A DNA stretch of 64,000 nucleotides from Nemertoderma westbladi (taxonomy: Eukaryota > Animalia > Xenacoelomorpha), in the NCBI GenBank assembly GCA_032718475.1, contig JAUCBJ010008984.1, forward strand, positions 25,740 to 89,739. The letters are read 5' to 3'. This document shows positions 24,801 through 36,291 of this stretch, in pieces. A program made the position numbers and the translations under genes. Each line of letters opens with the position of its first letter. Position 1 is the first letter of the stretch. The notes beneath the pieces are model-generated. The model did not search any database and was not told the DNA's origin. It saw nothing but the letters and a program-made list of their open reading frames with translations.

Positions 24801-27800
24801 ACATAAAGGTCAAATAGGTAACGGGAAAATACAGCGAAGTTTGGTGGAAAATACATAAAGGTCAAATAGGTAATGGGAAAAAACAGCGAAGTTTGGTGGA
24901 AAATACATAAAGGTCAAATAGGTAACGGGAAAATACAGCGAAGTTTGGGGGAAAATACAGCGAAGTTTGGTGGAAAATACATAAAGGTCAAATAGGTAAC
25001 GGGAAAATACAGCGAAGTTTGGTGGAAAATACATAAAGGTAAAATAGGTAACGGGAAAATACAGCGAAGTTTGGTGGAAAATACATAAAGGTCAAATAGG
25101 TAACGGGAAAAAACAGCGAAGTTTGGTGGAAAATACATAAAGGTCAAATAGGTAACGGGAAAAAACAGCGAAGTTTGGTGGAAAATACATAAAGGTCAAA
25201 TAGGTAACGGGAAAATACAGCGAAGGTTGGTGGAAAATAAATAAAGGTCAAATAGGTAACGGGAAAATAAAGCGAAGTTTGGTGGAAAATAAATAAAGGT
25301 CAAATAGGTAACGGGAAAATACAGCGAAGTTTGGGGGAAAATACATAAAGGTCAAATAGGTAACGGGAAAATACAGCGAAGTTTGGGGGAAAATACATAA
25401 AGGTCAAATAGGTAACGGGAAAATAAAGCGAAGTTTGGTGGAAAATACATAAAGGTCAAATAGGTAACGGGAAAATACAGCGAAGTTTGGTGGAAAATAC
25501 ATAAAGGTCAAATAGGTAACGGGAAAATACAGCGAAGTTTGGTGGAAAATACATAAAGGTAAAATAGGTAACGGGAAAATACAGCGAAGTTTGGGGGAAA
25601 ATACATAAAGGTCAAATAGGTAACGGGAAAATACAGCGAAGTTTGGTGGAAAATACATAAAGGTCAAATAGGTTACGGGAAAATACAGCGAAGTTTGGTG
25701 GAAAATACATAAAGGTCAAATAGGTAACGGGAAAATACAGCGAAGTTTGGGGGAAAATACATAAAGGTCAAATAGGTAACGGGAAAATACAGCGAAGTTT
25801 GGTGGAAAATACATAAAGGTCAAATAGGTAACGGGAAAATACAGCGAAGTTTGGTGGAAAATACATAAAGGTAAAATAGGTAACGGGAAAATACAGCGAA
25901 GTTTGGGGGAAAATACATAAAGGTCAAATAGGTAACGGGAAAATACAGCGAAGTTTGGTGGAAAATACATAAAGGTCAAGTAGGTAACGGGAAAAAACAG
26001 CGAAGTTTGGTGGAAAATACATAAAGGTCAAATAGGTAACGGGAAAATACAGCGAAGTTTGGTGGAAAATACATAAAGGTCAAGTAGGTAACGGGAAAAA
26101 ACAGCGAAGTTTGGTGGAAAATACATAAAGGTCAAATAGGTAACGGGAAAATACAGCGAAGTTTGGGGAAAAATACATAAAGGTCAAATAGGTAACGGGA
26201 AAATACAGCGAAGTTTGGTGGAAAATACATAAAGGTCAAATAGGTAACGGGAAAATACAGCGAAGTTTGGTGGAAAATACATAAAGGTCAAGTAGGTAAC
26301 GGGAAAAAACAGCGAAGTTTGGTGGAAAATACATAAAGGTCAAATAGGTAACGGGAAAATACAGCGAAGTTTGGTGGAAAATACATAAAGGTCAAATAGG
26401 TAACGGGAAAATACAGCGAAGTTTGGTGGAAAATACATAAAGGTCAAATAGGTAACGGGAAAATACAGCGAAGTTTGGGGAAAAATACATAAAGGTCAAA
26501 TAGGTAACGGGAAAATACAGCGAAGTTTGGTGGAAAATACATAAAGGTCAAATAGGTAACGGGAAAATACAGCGAAGTTTGGTGGAAAATACATAAAGGT
26601 CAAATAGGTAACGGGAAAATACAGCGAAGTTTGGTGGAAAATACATAAAGGTCAAATAGGTAACGGGAAAATACAGCGAAGTTTGGTGGAAAATACATAA
26701 AGGTCAAATAGGTAACGGGAAAATACAGCGAAGTTTGGTGGAAAATACATAAAGGTCAAATAGGTAACGGGAAAATACAGCGAAGTTTGGTGGAAAATAC
26801 ATAAAGGTCAAATAGGTAACGGGAAAATACAGCGAAGTTTGGTGGAAAATACATAAAGGTCAAATAGGTAACGGGAAAATACAGCGAAGTTTGGTGGAAA
26901 ATACATAAAGGTCAAATAGGTAACGGGAAAATACAGCGAAGTTTGGTGGAAAATACATAAAGGTCAAATAGGTAACGGGAAAATACAGCGAAGTTTGGGG
27001 GAAAATACATAAAGGTCAAATAGGTAACGGGAAAATACAGCGAAGTTTGGGGGAAAATACATAAAGGTCAAATAGATTACGGGAAAATACAGCGAAATTT
27101 GGGGAAAAATACATAAAGGTCAAGTAGGTAACGGGAAAAAACAGCGAAGTTTGGTGGAAAATACATAAAGGTCAAATAGGTAACGGGAAAAAACAGCGAA
27201 GTTTGGTGGAAAATACATAAAGGTCAAATAGGTAACGGGAAAATACAGCGAAGTTTGGTGGAAAATACATAAAGGTCAAGTAGGTAACGGGAAAATACAG
27301 CGAAGTTTGGTGGAAAATACATAAAGGTCAAATAGGTAACGGGAAAAAACAGCGAAGTTTGGTGGAAAATACATAAAGGTCAAGTAGGTAACGGGAAAAA
27401 ACAGCGAAGTTTGGTGGAAAATACATAAAGGTCAAATAGGTAACGGGAAAAAACAGCGAAGTTTGGTGGAAAATACATAAAGGTCAAATAGGTAACGGGA
27501 AAATACAGCGAAGTTTGGTGGAAAATACATAAAGGTCAAATAGGTAACGGGAAAATACAGCGAAGTTTGGTGGAAAATACATAAAGGTCAAGTAGGTAAC
27601 GGGAAAATACAGCGAAGTTTGGTGGAAAATACATAAAGGTCAAGTAGGTAACGGGAAAATACAGCGAAGTTTGGTGGAAAATACATAAAGGTCAAATAGG
27701 TAACGGGAAAATACAGCGAAGTTTGGTGGAAAATACATAAAGGTCAAATAGGTAACGGGAAAATGCAGCCAAGTTTGGTTGAAAATACATAAAGGTCAAA

Positions 27801-28657
27801 TAGGTAACGGGAAAATACAGCGAAGTTTGGTGGAAAATACATAAAGGTCAAATAGGTAACGGGAAAATACAGCGAAGTTTGGTGGAAAATACATAAAGGT
27901 CAAGTAGGTAACGGGAAAATACAGCGAAGTTTGGTGGAAAATACATAAAGGTCAAATAGGTAACGGGAAAATACAGCGAAGTTTGGTGGAAAATACATAA
28001 AGGTCAAATAGGTAACGGGAAAATACAGCGAAGTTTGGGGGAAAATACATAAAGGTCAAATAGGTAACGGGAAAATACAGCGAAGTTTGGTGGAAAATAC
28101 ATAAAGGTCAAATAGGTAACGGGAAAATACGGCGAAGTTTGGTGGAAAATACATAAAGGTCAAATAGGTAACGGGAAAATACAGCGAAGTTTGGTGGAAA
28201 ATACATAAAGGTCAAATAGGTAACGGGAAAATAAAGCGAAGTTTGGTGGAAAATACATAAAGGTCAAATAGGTAACGGGAAAATACAGCGAAGTTTGGTG
28301 GAAAATACATAAAGGTCAAATAGGTAACGGGAAAATAAAGCGAAGTTTGGTGGAAAATACATAAAGGTCAAATAGGTAACGGGAAAATACAGCGAAGTTT
28401 GGTGGAAAATACATAAAGGTCAAATAGGTAACGGGAAAATACAGCGAAGTTTGGTGGAAAATACATAAAGGTCAAATAGGTAACGGGAAAATAAAGCGAA
28501 GTTTGGTGGAAAATACATAAAGGTCAAATAGGTAACGGGAAAATACAGCGAAGTTTGGTGGAAAATAAATAAAGGTCAAGTAGGTAACGGGAAAAAACAG
28601 CGAAGTTTGGTGGAAAATACATAAAGGTAAAATAGGTAACGGGAAAATGCAGCGAAA
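18864..28657. repeat. Satellite B, 52-bp unit, about 188 copies
   Basis: Unit ggtcaaataggtaacgggaaaatacagcgaagtttggtggaaaatacataaa, highly homogeneous. Confidence 0.98.
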
Positions 28658-30101
28658 TGTCCAAAACAATAATGGTAAAAGTCAGTTAAACAGTATCATT
28701 TGAACTGAACATTATTAAAAAAATATTATTGATCCAACACACACCGGTGCTGTACACATAGAGAACTGTATGGATATGAAAAATATAAACAATGATACAA
28801 AATTCAGTCAGAAAAACTGTGATTACTTCTTATAGCCATGTTTAGTGTTTATTAAATATTATTATATATATTTGAACTGCTGTTAGTTTATTGTGGACAT
28901 ATTTACTATTAGGACAATAAATTGTTAATAGTTCTTCACTGTCGTGGGTTATGTTTACTTTTTATATTGATTTGTGTCTCTAGTCTGTAACTGCAGTTGT
29001 GTTCATTAATGTTAATAATAATAAAACTGATAACTGAATTGATACAATATTGCACAATAATTCCCAGTTCCCTGAACACAATGATTGCGCTTTATGAGTC
29101 GTGCTTATCGCGTGTGAATTTTCCTAAGTAAATAAATACTGTGAACTCTTAATAAAGTACATAACGTAGATATTATAAGTTTTATGTTGACAAACGTATT
29201 AGGCAATATCATTTCGCCATTTACAGTAAACTAATTGTATTGAGGGTTGTTCGCCCTAGTCTGAGAGAGCATTGAAGCAATCATCTCTTTGTGTTACACC
29301 CGGCCGAACCATATGGCTTTACAACCAAACCCTGCTTGGTCGCCCGCTTGTATTATAATTATAATCTAACAATAAATTATATTTATATTTATCAACTTGT
29401 TCAACGTCCCTAACAGCTGTCACAAATATAATAATATATAAAAGTAATTTTGTCTACCTCACATGTTATTCTTCAATTGTTTCTCTTTCTTTATTTATTT
29501 CTATTTACAAGGTCACACTTATATTAAACTATGTAAACCCGGGACAATTCATTTATTGCGCCTAGAAGTTCATTGACATTGACCTTGACTTTATATTAGG
29601 GCGATCTATTGGTGACAGCAGTAGATTTTATCGATGGATAGAGGCTAAACAGACAGGAATAAATATCTTTAACTCAGAAACCCTCATTAGATGTTGTAAA
29701 TGTTTTCAAAGTAATATTCCGTTAACTGACGGCCTCTATCCCCGGAACCATAGACCCGGCCTGTCTGACTGTCTCCATTCCCTGAACCATGGAACACGCG
29801 CTGTCTGACGGCCTCCATCCTCGGAACCATGGAGGCCGCCCTGTCTGACTGTCTCCATTCCCGGAACCATGAAACCCGCCCTGTCTGACGGTCTCCATTC
29901 CCGGAACCATGGACCCCGCCCTGTCTGATGGCCTCCATCCCCGGAACCATGGAGGCCGCCCTGTCTGACTGTCTCCATCCCCGGAACCATGGAGGCCGCC
30001 CTGTCTGACTGTCTCCATTCCCGTAACAATGGACCCCACCCTTTCTAACGGCCTCCATTCCCGGAACCATGGACCCCGCCCTGTCTGATTGTCTCGCGAG
30101 T

Positions 30102-30225
30102 ATTCTTAGCCCGCGAGTATTCTTAGACCGCAAAACAATAACGTTTATTGTTTTGTTTCCCCCAATAGCCTCTGAAACCTGCTCCTTTACTAACCTGCTG
30201 CTTTACTAACTCGCGGGCTAAGAAT
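30102..30225. mobile_element. Small inverted-repeat (MITE-like) insert in satellite C, copy 1
   Basis: Perfect 17-bp inverted repeat attcttagcccgcgagt / actcgcgggctaagaat; no TSD found. Confidence 0.6.
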
Positions 30226-30945
30226 TCACCAAACCCCTCCATCCCCGGAACCATGGACGCCGCCCTGTCTGACGGCCTTCATCCCAGTAACCATGGACCT
30301 CACCCTGTCTGACGGCCTCCATCCCAGTAACCATGGACACCGCCCTGTCTGAAGGCCTCCATCCCCGGAACCATGGACCCCGCCCCGCCCTGTCTGACGG
30401 CCTCCATCCCAGTAACCGTGGACCCCGCTCTGTCTGATGGCCTCCATCCCCGGAACCATGGACCCCGCCCTGTCTGACGGCCTCCATCCCCGGAACTATG
30501 GACCCCGCCCCGCCCTTTCTGACGGCCTCCATCCCAGTAACCGTGGACCCCGCTCTGTCTGACGGCCTCCATCCCAGTAACAATGGACCCCGCTCTGTCT
30601 GACGGCCTCCATCCCCGGAACCATGGACCCCGCCCCGCCCTTTCTGACGGCCTCCTTCCCAGTAACAATGGACCCCGCCCTGTCTGACGGCCTTCATCCC
30701 AGTAACCATGGACCTCACCCTGTCTGACGGCCTCCATCCCAGTAACCATGGACACCGCCCTGTCTGACGGCCTCCATCCCCAGAACCATGGACCCCGCCC
30801 CACCCTGTCTGACGGCCTCCATCCCAGTAACCGTGGACCCCGCTCTGTCTGACGGCCTCCATCCCCGGAACCATGGACCCCGCCCTGTCTGACGGCCTCC
30901 ATTCCCGGAACCATGGACCCCGCCCTGTCTGATTGTCTCGCGAGT

Positions 30946-31069
30946 ATTCTTAGCCCGCGAGTATTCTTAGACCGCAAAACAATAACGTTTATTGTTTTGT
31001 TTCCCCCAATAGCCTCTGAAACCTGCTCCTTTACTAACCTGCTGCTTTACTAACTCGCGGGCTAAGAAT
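30946..31069. mobile_element. MITE-like insert, copy 2 (part of an 844-bp duplication)
   Basis: Same sequence and same junctions as 30102-30225. Confidence 0.6.
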
Positions 31070-33916
31070 TCACCAAACCCCTCCATCCCCGGAACCATGG
31101 ACGCCGCCCTGTCTGACGGCCTTCATCCCAGTAACCATGGACCTCACCCTGTCTGACGGCCTCCATCCCAGTAACCATGGACACCGCCCTGTCTGACGGC
31201 CTCCATCCCCGGAACCATGGACCCCGCCCCGCCCTGTCTGACGGCCTCCATCCCAGTAACCGTGGACCCCGCTCTGTCTGACGGCCTCCATCCCCGGAAC
31301 CATGGACCCCGCCCTGTCTGACGGCCTCCATCCCCGGAACTATGGACCCCGCCCCGCCCTTTTTGACGGCCTCCATCCCAGTAACCGTGGACCCCGCTCT
31401 GTCTGACGGCCTCCATCCCAGTAACAATGGACCCCGCTCTGTCTGACGGCCTCCATCCCCGGAACCATGGACCCCGCCCCGCCCTTTCTGACGGCCTCCA
31501 TCCCAGTAACAATGGACCCCGCCCTGTCTGACGGCCTCCATCCCCGGAACCATCGACCCCGCCCTTTCTGACGGCCTCCATCCCCGGAACTATGGAGGCC
31601 GCTCTGTCTGACTGCCTCCAACCCCGTAACCATGGACCCCGCCCCACCCTGTCTGACGGCCTCCATCCCCGGAACCATGGACACTGCCCTGTCTGACGGC
31701 CTCCATCCCCGGAACCATGGACCCCGCCCCGCCCTGTCTGACGGCCTCCATCCCAGTAACCATGGACCCCGCTCTGTCTGACGGCCTCCATCCCCGGAAC
31801 CATGGACACCGCCCTGTCTGACGGCCTCCATCTCCGGAACTATGGACCCCGCCCCGCCCTTTCTGACGGCCTCCATCCCAGTAACCATGGACACCGCCCT
31901 GTCTGACGGCCTCCATCCCCGGAACTATGGACCCCGCCCCGCCCTTTCTGACAGCCTCCATCCCAGTAACCATGGACCCCGCCCTGTCTGACGGCCTCCA
32001 TCCCCGGAACCATGGACTCTGCCCTGTCTGACTGTCTCCATCCCCGGAACCATGGACCCCGCCCCGCCCTTTCTGACGGCCTCCATCCCAGTAACCATGG
32101 ACCCTGCCCTGTCTGACGGCCTCCATCCCCGGAACCATGGACCCCGCCCTGTCTGACGGCCTCCATCCCCGGAACCATGGACCCCACCCTGTCTGACGGC
32201 CTCCATCCCCGGAACCATGGACTCTGCCCTGTCTGACTGTCTCCATCCCCGGAACCATGGACCCCGCCCCGCCCTTTCTGACGGCCTCCATCCCAGTAAC
32301 CATGGACCCCGCCCTGTCTGACGGCCTCCATCCCCGGAACCATGGACCCCGCCCTGTCTGACGGCCTCCATCCCCGGAACCATGGACCCCACCCTGTCTG
32401 ACGGCCTCCATCCCTGGAACCATGGACTCTGCCCTGTCTGACTGTCTCCATCCCCGGAACCATGGACCCCGCCCCGCCCTGTCTGACGGCCTCCATCCCA
32501 GTAACCATGGACCCCGCTCTGTCTGACGGCCTCCATCCCCGGAACTATGGACACCGCCCTGTCTGACGGCCTCCATCCCCGGAACTATGGACCCCGCCCC
32601 GCCCTTTCTGACGGCCTCCATCCCAGTAACCATGGACCCCGCCCTGTCTGACGGCCTCCATCCCCGGAACCATGGACGCCGCCCTGTCTGACGGCCTCCA
32701 TCCCCGGAACCATGGACCCCACCCTGTCTGACGGCCTCCATCCCTGGAACCATGGACACCGCCCTGTCCGACGGCCTCCATCCCCGGAACCATGGACCCC
32801 GCCCCGCCCTGTCTGACGGCCTCCATCCCAGTAACCATGCATCCCGCCCTGTCTGACGGCCTCCATCCCCGGAACTATGGACACCGCCCTGTCTGACGGC
32901 CTCCATCCCCGGAACCATGGACCCCGCCCCGCCCTGTCTGACGGCCTCCATCCCAGTAACCATGGACACCGCCCTGTCTGACGGCCTCCATCCCCGGAAC
33001 CATGGACCCCGCCCCACCCTGTCTGACGGCCTCCATCCCAGTAACAATGGACCCCGCCCTGTCTGACGGCCTCCATCCCCGGAACCATCGACCCCGCCCT
33101 TTCTGACGGCCTCCATCCCAGTAACCATAGACCCGCCCTGCCTGACTGTCTCCATCTCCGTAACCATGGACCCCACCCCGCCCTGTCTGACGGCCTCCAT
33201 CCCAGTAACCATGGACACCGCCCTGTCTGACGGCCTCCATCCCCGGAACCATGGACCCCGCCCCGCCCTGTCTGACGGCCTCCATCCCAGTAACAATGGA
33301 CCCCGCCCTGTCAGACGGCCTCCATCCCCGGAACCATGGACCCCGCCCCGCCCTGTCTGACGGCCTCCATCCCCGGAACCATGGACCCCGCCCCGCCCTG
33401 TCTGACGGCCTCCATCCCAGTAACAATGGACCCCGCCCTGTCAGACGGCCTCCATCCCCGGAACCATGGACCCCGCCCCGCACTGTCTGACGGCCTCCAT
33501 CCCCGGAACCATGGACCCCGCCCCGCCCTGTCTGACGGCCTCCATCCCAGTAACAATGGACCCCGCCCTGTCTGACTGTCTCCATCCCAGTAACCATGGA
33601 CCCCGCCCTGTCAGACGGCCTCCATCCCAGTAACCATGGACACCGCCCTGTCTGACTTCACGTGCGACATCTGAGCCTTATTTTTGGACTTCGTTTTTCT
33701 GACAGTCCACATTAATTAGTTTCAGTTTGTAGATGTTTAATAGGATTTAATATTCTTTAAGGCATATAAAATTTACCGTTACGATTTATTGCTTTAATTG
33801 GCTTAATAAATAAGGAAAATAAATATGTTTTGAAATTAATTTATCTTTTTGTACCAAATTTGGTTTTTATTTTCCACATTTTTAAATATGTCGCCTATAT
33901 TTCGCGGTGGTCTGCG

Positions 33917-34792
33917 ATGAGTCATATCTCTTCACATAGGAACTACTGCGATAAACTTCTGTGTCTGCTTTACACCGAGTTTCATAAACTGGAAGGACCA
34001 ACACTGCGGTTTCAGGTACCCAGTGACGTCATCACTAAAGATGTATTCGATTGCGTTCGATGTTATCTGATACCTAAACTCGAGTTGGAGAGTCGATATG
34101 TCTCGATAAGATCGCAAGGATTCCATTTTATCGGCTGTCCTATTTATATAAAAGATACAAAGAAATACAAAGATAACAGAAATTACCTGCAGTTTAATTT
34201 GGTTTTTGTTTGCGATGAAACTGAGACGGATTGCGATAAATATCGACGAGTTGTTATGAAGTTGGCGCGGTATCTTCGCGATCTAGAACTCTCGGAATCC
34301 TATTTGTTCGACGCCAATAAACTCGCCAACCTTCCGGGTCTGTTGGAGGAAGTCCTCGCGCAGCTGTGGTCCACCGCGTGGTGCACCATACCGATATCGG
34401 GGTCCCAGATCGTCATTAACTTGTTCGCGAACCCTTCCGTCCCGGACCCGCCCCACGTCGCCGAACACGCTGTCCCGGTGATCCTCAGAGGCAAGGAGCG
34501 GTTTATCGAGGAATGTCGGGAACTCACGGTGAAGAGAATCTACAAAGACATCGACGGGGTTAAACACATCGCTAAGATCGCCTTGGAAACCGATTCGGAA
34601 ATTAAGTTAGTTCTCGCAGCCATCCGGAATCTTATGTACAGCAACGTCGTCGGTATTATAGACGCGTTCCAGTTCTCCAACGTTTATTGCGCTGAAGTCG
34701 GGATCGCCGAGTTGCATAGCAACCCCGAACTACATAATGACGTCATTCAATACGCATGTAGATTTAGAAAACAGCCGCCAACATTCAGACAG
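33917..34792 (+). CDS. NPRL2: GATOR1 subunit NPRL2, exon 1
   Basis: LYTEFHKLEGPTLRFQVP, YLIPKLEL, GCPIYI..KKY..RNYLQFNLVFV, KLARYLRDLE, IDGVKHIAKIA, IDAFQFSNVY match NPR2-family motifs; donor CAG|gtaaaa, phase 0. Confidence 0.92.
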
Positions 34793-34943
34793 GTAAAATT
34801 AGTTACAGCCGCTAAATATTACGATAAAATTTTCAGACATTAATTAATTACAGGTATTTAAATCTCACCGAATCAGTGTACGTTCAGTTTTAATATACAT
34901 ACATATATAATACAATACCGAAACATTTCATATGTTCCCCTAG

Positions 34944-35300
34944 ATACGTGTCCTTCTATCCGAGATGCGTCATGGTGTTACTATGCAACACGTTCTAGAA
35001 CGGCAACCGGAAGCAGCAGCTAGTGTTGACTTGCGTCTTTTAGTGCAGCACTCTGTACTACACAAGTACATACGGCGGGTCTATATGTATCCCATCTATG
35101 TGCCGGAGTCTCCAAGGGAACTCCAGCATTCCATCCCATTCGGAGTTATTAAACTAAAAGAAGATTTACGGAATAATGTGTTAGCTGACTGCGATGGGGG
35201 TAGCCATAGCGACGCATTGTCTTGTCGTCATGGGTTAAGTTTCGCGCAGTTAATGGCCATTATGGATTCCGAAGAAAACGTTATAGTTATATGGAAATAG
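34944..35300 (+). CDS. NPRL2: NPRL2 exon 2 (spliced product about 410 aa)
   Basis: Acceptor ttcccctag, in frame after a 151-bp intron; VDLRLLVQ, IRRVYMYP, CDG..SD.LSC and VIVIWK* C-terminus; AATAAA at 35346. Confidence 0.9.
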   Translation: MRVLLSEMRHGVTMQHVLERQPEAAASVDLRLLVQHSVLHKYIRRVYMYPIYVPESPRELQHSIPFGVIKLKEDLRNNVLADCDGGSHSDALSCRHGLSFAQLMAIMDSEENVIVIWK

Positions 35301-36291
35301 TTATTAAAATAGCTTTTACAAATGTTATTTTATATCATTTATAATAATAAAGAAAACAATGTAAAAACTGGTTTATTTAATTGCCTTATATATAAGGTCA
35401 CAAAATGTCAAAATGTTTCTCAACGGCTAGATTTCCACAAATATTAATAACTACAGTATACCGGTGTTTTTAATTTAGCGTTAAATTAAAAAAAAACTCA
35501 AATAAATTTAGCGGAACTAGAAAAATTCATACTAAAAATGTAAATCTTTTATCACCATTTGTAATTATACGAATATACCTGTTTTCACACGTTATAAACC
35601 AATGAAATCCCCATACTGATTTAAAATGCCAGAAAACCCAGACTGATTAAATAGAACAGAATTGTGTGCAACATTGTCGAATTCTAGAATAATGACTTAT
35701 ATTCCCAGTTAAGATCATCTATGGATCTCTAGTTCCTACGAATATAATTATTTCCAAGAGATTTTTGTAGATCAGATTAAGCCTAATTAATAGGCCTACC
35801 ATTACAGTATGTTAAATAATGCGTGCAAGAGCACTGTTTATTGTAGGTGTTCCTAAATTATAGTAATAGGGAACTATTGGTATTGTAGTAACTGCTATGG
35901 ACTCCATTGCAAGACGCTTAACAACTTTATGGAAGTGGCTTGGTGAGTTTCCCCCGAAAGGATGTTCCATAATTGGACGGTAGAGGGCAGAAAAGAATTA
36001 CAATAAAAGTTAGTCCTAACTAGTAGAGGCGACCGCAAGTCGTTTGTATTGCGTTTATGGTATGCACTAGCAGTTCATACGTTCTCTGGGTATATCACAC
36101 ATTTTGGTCGGTACCGTATGGTAGTCCAATCCCTGTCTGGTTCAGTAGGCCTATTGTAGCCTCTGGTAGTAGTTACCGGCAGTTCTGCAATGTAAAATAT
36201 TGTACAGTATATGTTTATCCAGCTGTTAACACAGGTCAGGATGTAACGTGAGTTTTTTCTCTATCAGCTTTAAGGAAAGCAGAGTGATGCG

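Larger units (their letters stand above)
29725..33657. repeat. Satellite C, GC-rich, 40/45-bp unit
   Basis: Unit gccctgtctgacggcctccatccccggaaccatggacccc, with or without gcccc; interrupted twice by the same insert. Confidence 0.97.

Noticed and set aside
18794-28669. Many repetitive ORFs in satellite B
   Set aside because: The 52-bp unit is not a multiple of 3; ORFs appear only where variants remove a stop
29687-33597. Overlapping Gly/Arg-rich ORFs in all minus frames
   Set aside because: GC-rich satellite lacking stops; 40/45-bp units shift the frame constantly
33830-33916. N-terminal extension of NPRL2 from a TTG start (likewise RPL5 52860-52907)
   Set aside because: Alternative-start artefact of the ORF track; homology begins at or after the ATG
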